From Candidatus Krumholzibacteriia bacterium (GTDB lineage Bacteria > Krumholzibacteriota > Krumholzibacteriia > JAJRXK01): 64,000 bases of DNA. Below, piece after piece: positions 1-10,006 of this stretch; within the stretch, counting starts at the first letter, position 1; each line of letters opens with the position of its first letter. The position numbers were made by a program, and so were the translations under genes. Below the pieces are notes generated by a model. The model searched no databases and was not told the origin of the DNA. It saw nothing but the letters and a program-made list of their open reading frames with translations. The stretch lies in contig JBGPIA010000001.1 of NCBI GenBank assembly GCA_041484665.1, forward strand, positions 928,001 to 992,000, read 5' to 3'.

Positions 1-757
1 GGCCGAAGAGGGCCCGGTTCTGCGCGCGTGAATTCTGGTGGACGATGGCGCTGACCCAGACCAGGTCGGCGCCGCCCGGGAGGTCGTCGACGTAGAAGTC
101 CCCGCCGACGAGCTTCACGCGCCCGGCCAGGCCGGACGCGGCAACGCGCGCCTGTGCCTGGGGGATCACCTGGGGCAGGTCGAAGATCGTCGCGGTGGCG
201 CTGGCATCGGCGTTGGCGCGCAGCAGTGCCAGGGTCCAGGTCCCCGAAGCGCCGCCGACATCGAGCAGATGGCGGAAACGCAGCGGCTGCAGCTCCGCGA
301 CGAGCAGCGTGGCGACCGGACCGCTGACGTTGTCCATGGCCTCGATGAACGCGGCATAGTCGGCGGCCGCGCCGCGCAGGCTGGGCTCGCGCGGGGCAAG
401 CGTGCCACTCTTGACGGTGCGTGCGAGCTGCGCCCAGCGGCGCAGGCAATTGGCCTGATGTTGCGTGATGCCCAGCACGCTCCCCGCGTCGCCGTGCGTG
501 AGCAGCCGCTCGACGACGGGGGGGATCTGGTACTGCGCTTCCTGCTTTTCCAGGAGCTGCATCGCACACAGCGCATCGAGCAGGATGGTTACGCCGCGCA
601 GGCCAGCGTGGAGCTTCGCGGCGGCGTCCGCAGCCGAGAAGGGCGTGCCCTTGAGCAGCTCGAACAGGTCGAGATCCGCGGCGGCGGCCAGCACGCAGGC
701 GGCCTGGTAGCCTCGCGCCATCTGCTGGATCTCATCGGCAGTCCACTGTCGCGTCAT
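1..757 (-). CDS. SAM-dependent O-methyltransferase (Methyltransf_2 / dimerisation type), 3' end outside window
   Basis: Manual translation from ATG 757 (GAGG RBS): MTRQWTADEIQQMARGYQAACVLAAAADLDLF...LLDVGGASG...IFDLPQV...GGDFY; absent from the ORF track because it runs off the edge. Confidence 0.9.
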   Translation of the reverse strand, partial: MTRQWTADEIQQMARGYQAACVLAAAADLDLFELLKGTPFSAADAAAKLHAGLRGVTILLDALCAMQLLEKQEAQYQIPPVVERLLTHGDAGSVLGITQHQANCLRRWAQLARTVKSGTLAPREPSLRGAAADYAAFIEAMDNVSGPVATLLVAELQPLRFRHLLDVGGASGTWTLALLRANADASATATIFDLPQVIPQAQARVAASGLAGRVKLVGGDFYVDDLPGGADLVWVSAIVHQNSRAQNRALFG

Positions 758-1082
758 GATCGGACCTCGTAGGCCGCGCCAGCCCAGCTGCCACCGCCGC
801 GGGGCGCGCGACGCGTGCTCTGACTCCTTTGGACCGAATAGCCAGAGTACACCTGCCGTGCGCCAGCGTTCCATCGCGGCGCCGCTGCGGCCGGCCCCTG
901 TGGAAGCGCGCTGGATTGGCGGGCGGCCCCCGTCCAGGCCCTGGCCGCAGCCGCGGGCACGCCGCGCGCCCGCCCGGACCTGACGCGCGCGCGCCCGTGC
1001 GGTATGTTCCAGGGCGAATCTTCGAGCATGCCGCGAAGCACTACGGACGCCCGGTGGAGCGGCCCGTGAGCGGGAGATCGTG

Positions 1083-1409
1083 ATGCACACACGCGCCTGG
1101 ATCCTCTTGATCATCGCTGGCTTGCTCGAAATGGGCTGGGCAATCGGCCTGAAGTACGCGCGCGGCTTCACACGGCCGCTGCCCAGCGTCCTGACGATTC
1201 TCGGCATGGTGGGCAGCATGGTGCTGCTGGCCCGGGCGGTTCAATTCCTCCCCATCGGGACGGCGTACGCGGTGTGGACCGGCATCGGGGCCGCGGGCAC
1301 TGCGCTGCTGGGCATCGCGTTGCTGGGCGAGCCGCGGACGGCATTCCGGCTGGCCTCCATCGCGCTGATCGTCGCCGGAATCGTAGGCTTGAAGATCGGC
1401 GCAAAGTGA
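1083..1409 (+). CDS. sugE: SMR family exporter, Gdx/SugE subtype
   Basis: 108 aa, 4 TM segments, AWxxLxxAGLLExxWAIGLK and [14 protein letters not shown] motifs; GGGAG RBS. Confidence 0.9.
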   Translation: MHTRAWILLIIAGLLEMGWAIGLKYARGFTRPLPSVLTILGMVGSMVLLARAVQFLPIGTAYAVWTGIGAAGTALLGIALLGEPRTAFRLASIALIVAGIVGLKIGAK

Positions 1410-1549
1410 CCAGCGGCCTCGCGACGAGCCGCAAGCCCCGCCTGATTCGCCGCAAGCCCCGGCCCGTGGTCGCGCCCACTTCGCCAGCCGGCGCCATTTT
1501 CTGTATCATATGACGGAATTCCAAGCGATCTTCGTCGCTCTATAGGTTT

Positions 1550-3286
1550 ATGGACCAAGACCAGCTACTCTCACTGGGCCTCTGGCGTGAGGTTTCTCGA
1601 CAGAGGGACATCGCCGAGGCACTGCTGCGGCTGGGTCCGCTCGTCCGCGGGCACATCCCAGCGGACGCCGTGGTCGTGCGCTGGCTCGACCTGGCCCACA
1701 ACCGTCTGGAGGCTGTCGCCCAAGACGGCAACGGACGGCTGCCGGCGCCAACACGCCGGATCGCACTCGCCGAGAAGGACCTCGAGGAGCTCCTCACCTG
1801 GATGCAGCAGGGAAGAGCTGGGGGCAACGCAGCGGACGTCTCGGACCCGTCACTCGCGCACTTGCTCGCAGCGGGCTTCGAGGGCGCGCTGATCTGCGTG
1901 CCGTTGACCGAGGGGGGCCGCCCGCTAGGCGTGCTCGAGCTGCGCGCGGCCGCGGCCCGGGCGTTCACCGCGGCGCACGTCGCCACTGCCACCGAGCTGC
2001 TGGAGCCGTTCTCCGTGGCCCTGCGCCAGGACCGTGAGCTCGCAAAGCTGAACGCCCTGCGCGAGGCCGCCGAGGCCGACAAGCGAGCGCTGCTGCGCCA
2101 CGTGGGACGCGATGATCCCCCCGAGCTGATCATCGGCATCCAGTCGGGCCTCAAGCGTGTGATGGAGAGCGTGGGTCTGGTGGCCGGCTCGGATCTGCCG
2201 GTGCTCATCTATGGAGAGACGGGCTCGGGCAAGGAGCTCGTCGCACGCGCCATCCACGAGCGCTCGCGCCGTGCGGCGGGGCCGTTTCTGCGCGTCAACT
2301 GCGGCGCGATCCCGCCGGAGCTGATCGACTCCGAGCTGTTCGGCCACGAGAAAGGCAGCTTCACCGGAGCCGCGGATCAGCGGAAGGGCTGGTTCGAGCG
2401 CGCTGACCGCGGGACGCTCTTGCTCGACGAGGTCGGCGAGCTGGCCCCGCCGGCGCAAGTGCGGCTGCTGCGCGTGCTGCAGGACGGCTCGTTCCAGCGC
2501 GTCGGCGGGCAGAAGACGGTGCAGGCGGACGTGCGCATCGTCGCCGCGACCCACCGCGACCTGCGGTCCATGGTGCCCGACGGCCGCTTCCGTGCCGATC
2601 TCTGGTACCGCATCGCCGTATTTCCCGTCGACCTGCCCCCGTTGCGCGACCGGCCGCAGGACGTCCCCGCGCTCGCGCAGCACTTTGCCGAGCGCGCGGC
2701 GGTACGCTTCGGCCTGCCATCCCCGCGGCTCTCCTGGGAAGACACCCGGGCGCTCTTGTCATACGCCTGGCCCGGCAACGTGCGGGAACTGGCGTCGGTC
2801 ATGGACCGCGCGGTGTTGCTGGGCAAGGGAGTGCGAGTGGACGTGGCGGGCGCCCTGGGCACCCCGCTGGCCATGGACGCGGGCCGTCCCTTGGCCGGCG
2901 CGAGCGCTGGCGCGGCCTCCGGTGCAGGGACGGGCGTCGATTCGGGCGCGGGGGCCAAAGCCGGCTCCAGCATCGGCGACGGCATCGCTGCTGCAGCAGG
3001 CACCGGATCCGGCAGCGGGCCCGGCCGGGGCGCGCCGCGGTCGCTGCCACCGCCGGCGATCGCCGCGCCGTCGTTCTTTGCAGTCGAGCCCATCACCACG
3101 CTGCAGGAGGTCGTGCGCTCGCACATCGAGCGTGCGCTGCTCCAGACGCACGGCCGGATCGAAGGGCCGTTTGGCGCCGCACGGCTCTTGGGCGTCAACC
3201 CCGCCACACTGCGCGCTCGGATGCGCAAGCTGAAGATCGATCGCCGGGCGTTCCGACGACCCGCAGAGCCCGGCGCAGCCCGATGA
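1550..3286 (+). CDS. Sigma54-dependent enhancer-binding protein (GAF-like + AAA+ + Fis HTH), FhlA/HyfR-like
   Basis: GETGSGKE Walker A, ESELFGHEKGSFTGA-like loop (DSELFGHEKGSFTGA), LLLDEVGE, WPGNVREL, C-terminal GAARLLGVNPATLRARMRKL. Confidence 0.92.
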   Translation: MDQDQLLSLGLWREVSRQRDIAEALLRLGPLVRGHIPADAVVVRWLDLAHNRLEAVAQDGNGRLPAPTRRIALAEKDLEELLTWMQQGRAGGNAADVSDPSLAHLLAAGFEGALICVPLTEGGRPLGVLELRAAAARAFTAAHVATATELLEPFSVALRQDRELAKLNALREAAEADKRALLRHVGRDDPPELIIGIQSGLKRVMESVGLVAGSDLPVLIYGETGSGKELVARAIHERSRRAAGPFLRVNCGAIPPELIDSELFGHEKGSFTGAADQRKGWFERADRGTLLLDEVGELAPPAQVRLLRVLQDGSFQRVGGQKTVQADVRIVAATHRDLRSMVPDGRFRADLWYRIAVFPVDLPPLRDRPQDVPALAQHFAERAAVRFGLPSPRLSWEDTRALLSYAWPGNVRELASVMDRAVLLGKGVRVDVAGALGTPLAMDAGRPLAGASAGAASGAGTGVDSGAGAKAGSSIGDGIAAAAGTGSGSGPGRGAPRSLPPPAIAAPSFFAVEPITTLQEVVRSHIERALLQTHGRIEGPFGAARLLGVNPATLRARMRKLKIDRRAFRRPAEPGAAR

Positions 3287-3358
3287 TCGTGCCGCAAGCG
3301 GGTTGTCGGCGAGCAGCTCCGCGAGCAGCCTCCCCGCGCCCGACGACAGTGCCGTGCG

Positions 3359-3937
3359 TCAGGTCGTGATCTTCGTCCCCAACACCTTCAGGAACTGACC
3401 CAACCACTGCGGATGGGCGGGCCAGGCCGGCGCGGTCACGAGGTTGCCGTCGGTCACGGCGCCGTCGATCGGGATGTCGGCGTACTCGCCGCCCGCCGCC
3501 CGCACCTCGGGAGCCACGGCAGGATAGGCCGACACCTTGCGGCCCTTCACTACGTTCGCCGCGGTGAGCACCTGGGCGCCGTGGCACACGGCGGCGATTG
3601 GCTTGTTGCCGCTGGCGAAGTGCTTCACGGTCTCGATCACCTCGGCCTTGAGGCGAATGTACTCGGGCGCCCGGCCACCGGCGATCACGAGGGCATCGTA
3701 GTCCTGGGGTCGGATCTCGGAGAACGTCGCGTTGAGAGTGAAGTCGTGCCCGCGCTTCTCGCTGTAAGTCTGATCGCCCTCGAAGTCGTGGACGGCCGTG
3801 CGGATCTTCTCACCCTTCTGCTTGCCCGGGCAGACGGCGTGCACCGTGTGGCCGACCATCTGCAGGGCTTGGAACGGGACCATGATCTCGTAGTCCTCAC
3901 CGTAGTCGCCCACGAGCAGGAGGATCTTCTTCGCCAT
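3359..3937 (-). CDS. DJ-1/PfpI family protein
   Basis: [21 protein letters not shown] nucleophile elbow, [18 protein letters not shown]. Confidence 0.93.
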   Translation of the reverse strand: MAKKILLLVGDYGEDYEIMVPFQALQMVGHTVHAVCPGKQKGEKIRTAVHDFEGDQTYSEKRGHDFTLNATFSEIRPQDYDALVIAGGRAPEYIRLKAEVIETVKHFASGNKPIAAVCHGAQVLTAANVVKGRKVSAYPAVAPEVRAAGGEYADIPIDGAVTDGNLVTAPAWPAHPQWLGQFLKVLGTKITT

Positions 3938-4064
3938 GGCTGACCTCCGGAATGGACCCGGTCGCGCGGTGGGGTACGGCCAAAGCCGGTGGGCCGCGGG
4001 CGGGTCGCGGTTCGCGATGGGTGTTGAAATGCTGCAAGCAGGCTAGTCGCGCCGCCGCGCAGCG

Positions 4065-4577
4065 TCAATCCGGGCGTCCGGGCGGGATCGGCTCCCGCGT
4101 CCAGAACACGAAATCGGTGACGGGGGGCTCGCTGCCCAGCGAGCGCAGCAGCGCGGCAATCTGGCCGCGGTGGTACCAGGAGTGCCCGAAGAGCTGGGTC
4201 AGGATGTCCTCGATCGTGTTCCGGAACCACTGGCCCTCGTAGCTACGGTACTCGAACACGCGCGCAATCTCGCGCTCGTCGAGGCGCCCTAGATACATCA
4301 GCCAGGCGGCCTGCGCCTCGGCGACGCCCCGCGCGAGCTCGGACAAGCCCAGGCCTTCGGGGAAGAACTCGCGCGGGAGCTCCTTGCCGACGCCGAACCG
4401 GAACAGCCACATCTGCCGCGCGGCGGCGATGTGGGCCATGAGCGAGACTGCCTTCTGGAACGCCGGCGTAGATCGCTGCGCGGCGGGGACCGCTTCCAGC
4501 GACGCGAGCACCTTGGCGTGGCTGTCGCACTCGTACTCGAACCAGCGGCGGTAACGATCGGCCAGGGCCTGGGCCAT
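4065..4577 (-). CDS. DinB family protein
   Basis: MAHIAAARQMW and HSWYHRGQIAALLR motifs; ATG 4577 after GGGAGAG. Confidence 0.88.
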   Translation of the reverse strand: MAQALADRYRRWFEYECDSHAKVLASLEAVPAAQRSTPAFQKAVSLMAHIAAARQMWLFRFGVGKELPREFFPEGLGLSELARGVAEAQAAWLMYLGRLDEREIARVFEYRSYEGQWFRNTIEDILTQLFGHSWYHRGQIAALLRSLGSEPPVTDFVFWTREPIPPGRPD

Positions 4578-4867
4578 GCTTGATCTCTCCCGCGTCGGAT
4601 GACGGGCCGTGCCGGCGGTTGGCCGGCGGCGGAGCCGATGCGAGTGTCCTGTACCCTTCCCATCCTGACAATGCGGATCCGCTTGCGTGTGATCTCCGCA
4701 AATCAACGCTCCACGCGGTCCAACCACGCGGAGCTCGTCGTCGTCACCCTCTCACCCACCCCGACGCGCAGCGTTCGTGCGGGTGAGTCCGTACGATGGA
4801 TGCGATCACCTCACCGTGCCCCTCCAGCGGCGGATCGAGGGCTCCGTGTGCGGGATTCCGGGCGCGC

Positions 4868-4876
4868 TGCTACACT
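4868..4876 (+). promoter_or_regulatory. Extended -10 element (TGcTACACT) 8 nt upstream of the ABC-F ATG; probable leaderless promoter
   Basis: Motif match, spacing to ATG 4885, no Shine-Dalgarno sequence. Confidence 0.55.
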
Positions 4877-4884
4877 TCCCGCCC

Positions 4885-6531
4885 ATGATCTCGCTCAGCA
4901 ACGTCAGCAAGCAGTACGGCCGCCAAATCCTCTTCGTGGAGAGCTCGTTCCAGCTCAATCCAGGGGAGAAGGTGGGCCTGGTGGGTCCCAACGGGGCTGG
5001 CAAGACAACCCTTCTCCGGATGATCGCGGGACAGGAGTCTCCCGACGAGGGCACCGTCTCGGTGCCCAAGCGGCTGAGCATCGGCTACTTCCGACAGGAC
5101 ATCGCGGAAATGTCGGGGCGCTCCGTCCTCGACGAGACCATCGCGGGCAGCGGCACACTCGGCGAGCTTCACCACGAGCTCGAGGAGCTCCAGCACGCCA
5201 TGGCCGACCCCGATCGGGCCGACGAGATGGACGCCATCCTCGCGCGTTTCGGCGAGGTGCTCGGCGCCTACCAGCACCAGGGCGGTTACGATCTCGAGGC
5301 ACGAGCGCGAGAGATCCTGCAGGGCCTCGGCTTCGACGACGATCAGATCCGCTCAGACGTGGGGATGCTCTCGGGCGGCTGGAAAATGCGGGTCGGCATG
5401 GCGCGCGTGCTGCTCGGCCGGCCCGATGCCCTGCTGTTGGACGAGCCCACCAACCATCTCGACATCGAGTCGATCCTCTGGCTCGAACAGTTCATCAGCG
5501 ACTATCCCGGCGCGGTCCTGATGACCTGCCACGACAAAGACTTCATGAACCGCATCGTGGGCCGCATCCTCGAGATCGACGCTGGCGAGCTCACCTGCCA
5601 CACCGGAAACTACGACGACTACTTGCGGGCACACAGCTTGGCCGAGGCCAACCGCGAGGCGGCCTACGTGCGCCAGCAGGCCATGCTGGCGAAGGAGCGC
5701 CGCTTCATCGAGCGATTCGCGACGCATGCGGCGAAGGCGGCCCAGGTGCAGAGCCGGGTGAAGAAGCTCGACAAGATCGACGTGGTGGAGCCCCCCCGTC
5801 AGCGGAGGGTCGTCCAGTTCAATTTCCGCTCGCCGCCGCGCTCGGGCGAGGACGTGGTCGAATTGAAGGGCGTGAGCAAGAGCTACGGTCCGCGGGTGAT
5901 CTACGCCAGTTTCGATTTCGTCGTCCGCCGCCAAGAGCGCTGGTGCGTGATGGGGCGCAACGGCGCCGGCAAAACGACTCTGCTCAAGCTGGTGGCCGGC
6001 GTTCTGGCTCCGGACGCGGGTACCGTGCGTTTGGGCGCTGCGCTCAAGGTAGGCTACTTCGCCCAGCAGTCGCTCGAGCTGCTCGATCCGACGCTCACCG
6101 TCTTCGAGCAGCTGCAGAGCGCATTCCCGACCGAAGGGCAGGGCGTGCTGCGCAATCTGCTGGGCGCATTCCAGTTCTCGGGCAGCGACGTCGACAAACC
6201 CGTGCGCGTGCTCTCAGGCGGCGAGAAGTCACGTCTGGTGCTCGCGCAGATGCTGTTCGACCCGCCGAACTTCCTCATCCTTGACGAGCCCACCAACCAT
6301 CTCGACCTGGAGACGAAGGAGATGCTCGTGGCCGCGCTGAAGGACTTCGAGGGCACGATGCTCTTCGTCAGCCACGATCGCATGTTTCTGCGCGGACTCA
6401 GCACTCGCGTCCTGGAGCTGCGCCCCGGCGACGGGAATGGAAGCCCGGCGCAGCCGCCCCTGATTTACGACGGCTCGTACGTCGAGTTCGTGGCGCGCAC
6501 GGGGAGCGAGGCCTCGGGGGTCCATCGATAG
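4885..6531 (+). CDS. ABC-F family ATPase (ribosome-associated)
   Basis: Two ABC domains (GPNGAGKT, LSGGWKMR, LLDEPTNHLD; GRNGAGKT, LSGGEKSR) with linker, no TM segments. Confidence 0.95.
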   Translation: MISLSNVSKQYGRQILFVESSFQLNPGEKVGLVGPNGAGKTTLLRMIAGQESPDEGTVSVPKRLSIGYFRQDIAEMSGRSVLDETIAGSGTLGELHHELEELQHAMADPDRADEMDAILARFGEVLGAYQHQGGYDLEARAREILQGLGFDDDQIRSDVGMLSGGWKMRVGMARVLLGRPDALLLDEPTNHLDIESILWLEQFISDYPGAVLMTCHDKDFMNRIVGRILEIDAGELTCHTGNYDDYLRAHSLAEANREAAYVRQQAMLAKERRFIERFATHAAKAAQVQSRVKKLDKIDVVEPPRQRRVVQFNFRSPPRSGEDVVELKGVSKSYGPRVIYASFDFVVRRQERWCVMGRNGAGKTTLLKLVAGVLAPDAGTVRLGAALKVGYFAQQSLELLDPTLTVFEQLQSAFPTEGQGVLRNLLGAFQFSGSDVDKPVRVLSGGEKSRLVLAQMLFDPPNFLILDEPTNHLDLETKEMLVAALKDFEGTMLFVSHDRMFLRGLSTRVLELRPGDGNGSPAQPPLIYDGSYVEFVARTGSEASGVHR

Positions 6532-6648
6532 CGACCGGCCGTGGTTGGCCTTGTCAGCGGCGTAGAGCTCGTTGCGAAGCGTAGTCCGACCCGCATCGAG
6601 CGCCATGCCGACGTGGGCCGGGGCGGACGACGAGCAGTAGCGTCTCGG

Positions 6649-8121
6649 TCATCGATCGATCGGTACCGCATCCGGAGCCGCACGCCAGACGGAGCCGGGA
6701 TCCGAGGTGTCCCAACGCGCGCCCGCCCCGCTGCCCGCGCCGCGGGCGATCCATCCCGGACGGGACGGCGGGACGACGAAGCTGCGCGCCCGCTCGGTGC
6801 GGCCGACCTCGTCGCGGCCGGCAAAGGCCTGGACGATCCAGAGGTACACCCCCGGATCGGAGACCAGCCCATCGGGGGGATTCGTTCTCGGGTCGCTGAA
6901 CGGCCCGCCCTGCACTGCGGTGCCATCCGGCCGTTGCACCGTGGTGAAGTAGGTGAGGGCGTGCGGCGCCGCGTCCCAGGACAAGGTCAGCGGAACGGCG
7001 ACGATCGCGCCGTCCAGCGGCGAGAGCGTGGTAATGGCGCGCACCACGATGATGTCACCGACATCGGCCACTCCACCCGCGGCGATCTCGGCGGAGGGTC
7101 CGTACTGCCCCAGCCAGCCGTCATCGCGCGGGTAGGCCGCCATGATCTTGAAGAAGCCCGCCGGCTCGCCCTCGATCCGGAAGCGGCCCAGCTCATCGCT
7201 CACCCCGACTGCATTCTGCAGGATCACCTCGGGCAACGCCCGGGCAGCGCCGGGCTTGACCGGTCCAGCATTCGCGCTGAGACCCTCCACGCGCGTCCAT
7301 TCCAGTCCCACCCGCAGACCTGGCACGGGCCCTCCATCGAGATCGACGAGACGTCCCGTGACGACGCCCTGATCGCGGCCGGGCTCCAGGGCGACGAGCA
7401 GCGTGTCAAGCAGCTCGACCTCCGACGTGAATCCGGGGTGGCTGTAACCACGGTAACCGGGCGCTGAGATCAGCAGCTCCGGCGAGCGGATCTCCCCCTG
7501 CGGCCCCGCGAAGAACCAGACCGGCCAGAGGCGGAAGATGCCGCGCCGGTCGGTCACTTGGTTGAGCGTGCCCGTCTGCCCGTCCAGCTCGGAGAACAGG
7601 CTGCCGCGATTGGAGAGGGGAGGGCCGGCCGAGGACCCCAGATCGACCATGGCGCGGGCGATCGGGAGTCCCGTCGACGGGTCGAACACGCGGCCCACCA
7701 GCGCAGGGCCTTGGTCGATCGGATAGCGAACCATCGGCAGGGTGACGGACACGCCGTGACCGCGCTGCACTTCGACCGCCGCCTGCGGCAGATGGAAGAG
7801 GCGGCGCTGGAAGTCGTAGACGACCGGCACGTACCTGTCGGGCACGAGATTCTCGATGGCGAACCGGCCGAGCGAATCGGTACTCGTCAGCGCGACGACC
7901 ACGAGCTGCCGAGCGTCCAGCAGCGCCACGGTCAACGGTCCATACCCCACCCCGTCTTCCAGGCGTACCGTCTGGCCGGTCAGCGTGCCCAGCCGAGGCT
8001 CCTGCTCGTCCTCGTCGCAACCGACGATCGAAAGCACGAGGGTCAACGCCGCCGAACACGCCATCAGGCAGGCGGCCCGGTCCACACAGCGCCGCGCTCC
8101 GGTCGGGTGGGCAGTCCGCAT
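6649..8121 (-). CDS. Lipoprotein with repeated carboxypeptidase-regulatory-like beta-sandwich domains
   Basis: Hydrophobic leader ending SIVGC; repeated G-x-V/L...TD-x-x-G-x-F-x-I/L units; start uncertain (8121 or 8064). Confidence 0.65.
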   Translation of the reverse strand: MRTAHPTGARRCVDRAACLMACSAALTLVLSIVGCDEDEQEPRLGTLTGQTVRLEDGVGYGPLTVALLDARQLVVVALTSTDSLGRFAIENLVPDRYVPVVYDFQRRLFHLPQAAVEVQRGHGVSVTLPMVRYPIDQGPALVGRVFDPSTGLPIARAMVDLGSSAGPPLSNRGSLFSELDGQTGTLNQVTDRRGIFRLWPVWFFAGPQGEIRSPELLISAPGYRGYSHPGFTSEVELLDTLLVALEPGRDQGVVTGRLVDLDGGPVPGLRVGLEWTRVEGLSANAGPVKPGAARALPEVILQNAVGVSDELGRFRIEGEPAGFFKIMAAYPRDDGWLGQYGPSAEIAAGGVADVGDIIVVRAITTLSPLDGAIVAVPLTLSWDAAPHALTYFTTVQRPDGTAVQGGPFSDPRTNPPDGLVSDPGVYLWIVQAFAGRDEVGRTERARSFVVPPSRPGWIARGAGSGAGARWDTSDPGSVWRAAPDAVPIDR

Positions 8122-8783
8122 AGCCCAATCAGCATGCGCCCGGACCGGGAAAACCGTCAATGGAGCCCGCTTTGGGGCGGAACCCGGCGTTGACTGCCAC
8201 CGGCGCGGGAACGCACTGCGCGCAGCCCGCGATTGCAGCCACGGACGCTTGTCCTGAAGGAGATTGCCGTGTGACGCAGTGCGGCGGGCGGTCGCCCGAT
8301 GGCCAGGATTCTCGTGTAGGGACTGGGTTCAGCCGGGGGAGCGTGCCAACTCCGCGCGTCAAACAGTGGGTCGTGCACTCGTGGCGCGCCGCCGGGGAAA
8401 GGAGCGGCGGCGGTAACGCTGCCCATGCCTCGCGTCAGCCGGCCCCGCCCGGATGCTCGCCCTGCTTCCCGCGCGGGCGCGCATCGTGCCGTTCCTCCCG
8501 GCGGTCGGGCGAGCGCTTCGCAGGGCGTTCGCGGAGGAGGGTCTCCCGCCGGACAACCCTGGGACCGGTGGCGACTCCCAGCACCAGCGCTCCAACACGA
8601 TCGCCCGGTGGGGTCGGCAACTCGCCGCGACCGATCTCGGCCCCAGCCGGGCAGCCATCCGTTCCAGCCTCGAACTCCGGGGCGCCGCTGGTTGACGCGG
8701 ACTCCGCTCTCGGACGAGGGCGGGGCTTCCTTAGATGCTCGAATTCGCAGGGTTTGCGCGTACGCCCGCGATGCGTGTTCTGT

Positions 8784-8827
8784 TGTCGAGTAGCCCCGGC
8801 CCGGAAACCGGCCGGGGCTACTCGACA
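8784..8827. repeat. Perfect 18-bp inverted repeat; possible terminator or palindromic element
   Basis: TGTCGAGTAGCCCCGGCC-N8-GGCCGGGGCTACTCGACA; no U-tract on either strand. Confidence 0.7.
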
Positions 8828-9231
8828 GTGAGACGCGCGAGCGGCACGTAGCAGCTCCTCACAAGCGGGCCGCATGACCACCGCGCGCGCCGGAGTGCTC
8901 ATCGTGTGGGCGATCAGGTTGCTGTCGGCGCCGTTTGAAGCGCACGGCCCCCGACAGCTCGCCGAACGCCACGCTGGAGCACCGAGAACAGTGGGGCCCG
9001 CCCCGCGCTCAGGTACGTCCGCTGTGAAATACCTGCCGACCGATCTGGGCGCCAAATCACCCGCGTTGCCGCTAGAGACTGTCAATCTGGTGGGATGTCG
9101 CCACCACGCTGGTGGCTAGTCGCCACTTCATCTCATCTATCCACAAACGCGCTCTCATCGCTTCGCCCTGTCCAATTGCCGCTCGCAGCGCAGAACGCTA
9201 AGAGCCGTGCGTCGCGTAGAGGCGTTGCGAC

Positions 9232-9972
9232 TTACACTTCGGCCGGCGGCAGCGTGGCCAGCACCTCGCGAGCTCTGGGAGGATTGGGGACCGGCTCGTC
9301 CTTGCGAATGGTACCGTCGTGAAAGGCGATATTTCGCTTGGCGAACTGGGCGATCTCGGGCTCGTGGGTGACCATGATGACCGTCAAGCCCGCGTCGTTC
9401 AGGTGTTGGAAAACCTCCATGATCTCGATCGACGTACGGCTGTCCAGGTTGCCCGTGGGCTCGTCGGCCAGGAGGATCGACGGGCGATTAACGAGCGCGC
9501 GCGCGATGGCGACCCGCTGTTGCTGCCCGCCGGACATCTGCGAAGGAAAGTGCTGCGCTCGATCAGCGAGCCCTACCATCCCGAGCGCCTCCGTGGCTCG
9601 CTTCCTGCGCTCGCTCGCGTCGATGGGCGTGTAGAGCGTCGGCAGCTCCGCGTTCTCGAGCGCGGTCGTGCGCGGCAGCAGATTGAACCCCTGGAACACG
9701 AACCCCAACTTCTGGTTGCGGATTCTCGCAAGCGTCTTCTTGTCGAGCTGAGACACGTCGGTGCCCTCCAGCAAGTATCGCCCGGAGCTGGGACGGTCAA
9801 GACAGCCCAACATGTTCATGAAGGTCGACTTGCCGCTGCCGCTGGCACCTCGGATGGCCACGAACTCGCCGGCTTCGATCTCGAGGCTCACGCCTCGCAG
9901 CGCATGCACGCGTGTCTCGCCCAGCGCGTAATATCTGTGGACGTTCTCCACGCCTATGATCATTTGGATCAT
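9232..9972 (-). CDS. ABC transporter ATP-binding protein (MacB/LolD-like)
   Basis: GASGSGKST, IRNQKLGFVFQGFNLL, MSGGQQQRVAIARAL, ADEPTGNLD. Confidence 0.93.
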   Translation of the reverse strand: MIQMIIGVENVHRYYALGETRVHALRGVSLEIEAGEFVAIRGASGSGKSTFMNMLGCLDRPSSGRYLLEGTDVSQLDKKTLARIRNQKLGFVFQGFNLLPRTTALENAELPTLYTPIDASERRKRATEALGMVGLADRAQHFPSQMSGGQQQRVAIARALVNRPSILLADEPTGNLDSRTSIEIMEVFQHLNDAGLTVIMVTHEPEIAQFAKRNIAFHDGTIRKDEPVPNPPRAREVLATLPPAEV

Positions 9973-10006
9973 GCCGACGGTCCCGGCAGCATGGGATTCC
10001 CAGGCT

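Noticed and set aside
960..1082. Guanidine riboswitch expected upstream of sugE/gdx
   Set aside because: I could not find paired ACGR-loop hairpins or the class I/III consensus; only weak generic stems. An Rfam scan would settle it.
8435..9119. Short ORFs in the 8.1-9.2 kb gap
   Set aside because: Arg/Pro/Ala-rich translations with no motifs or convincing RBS
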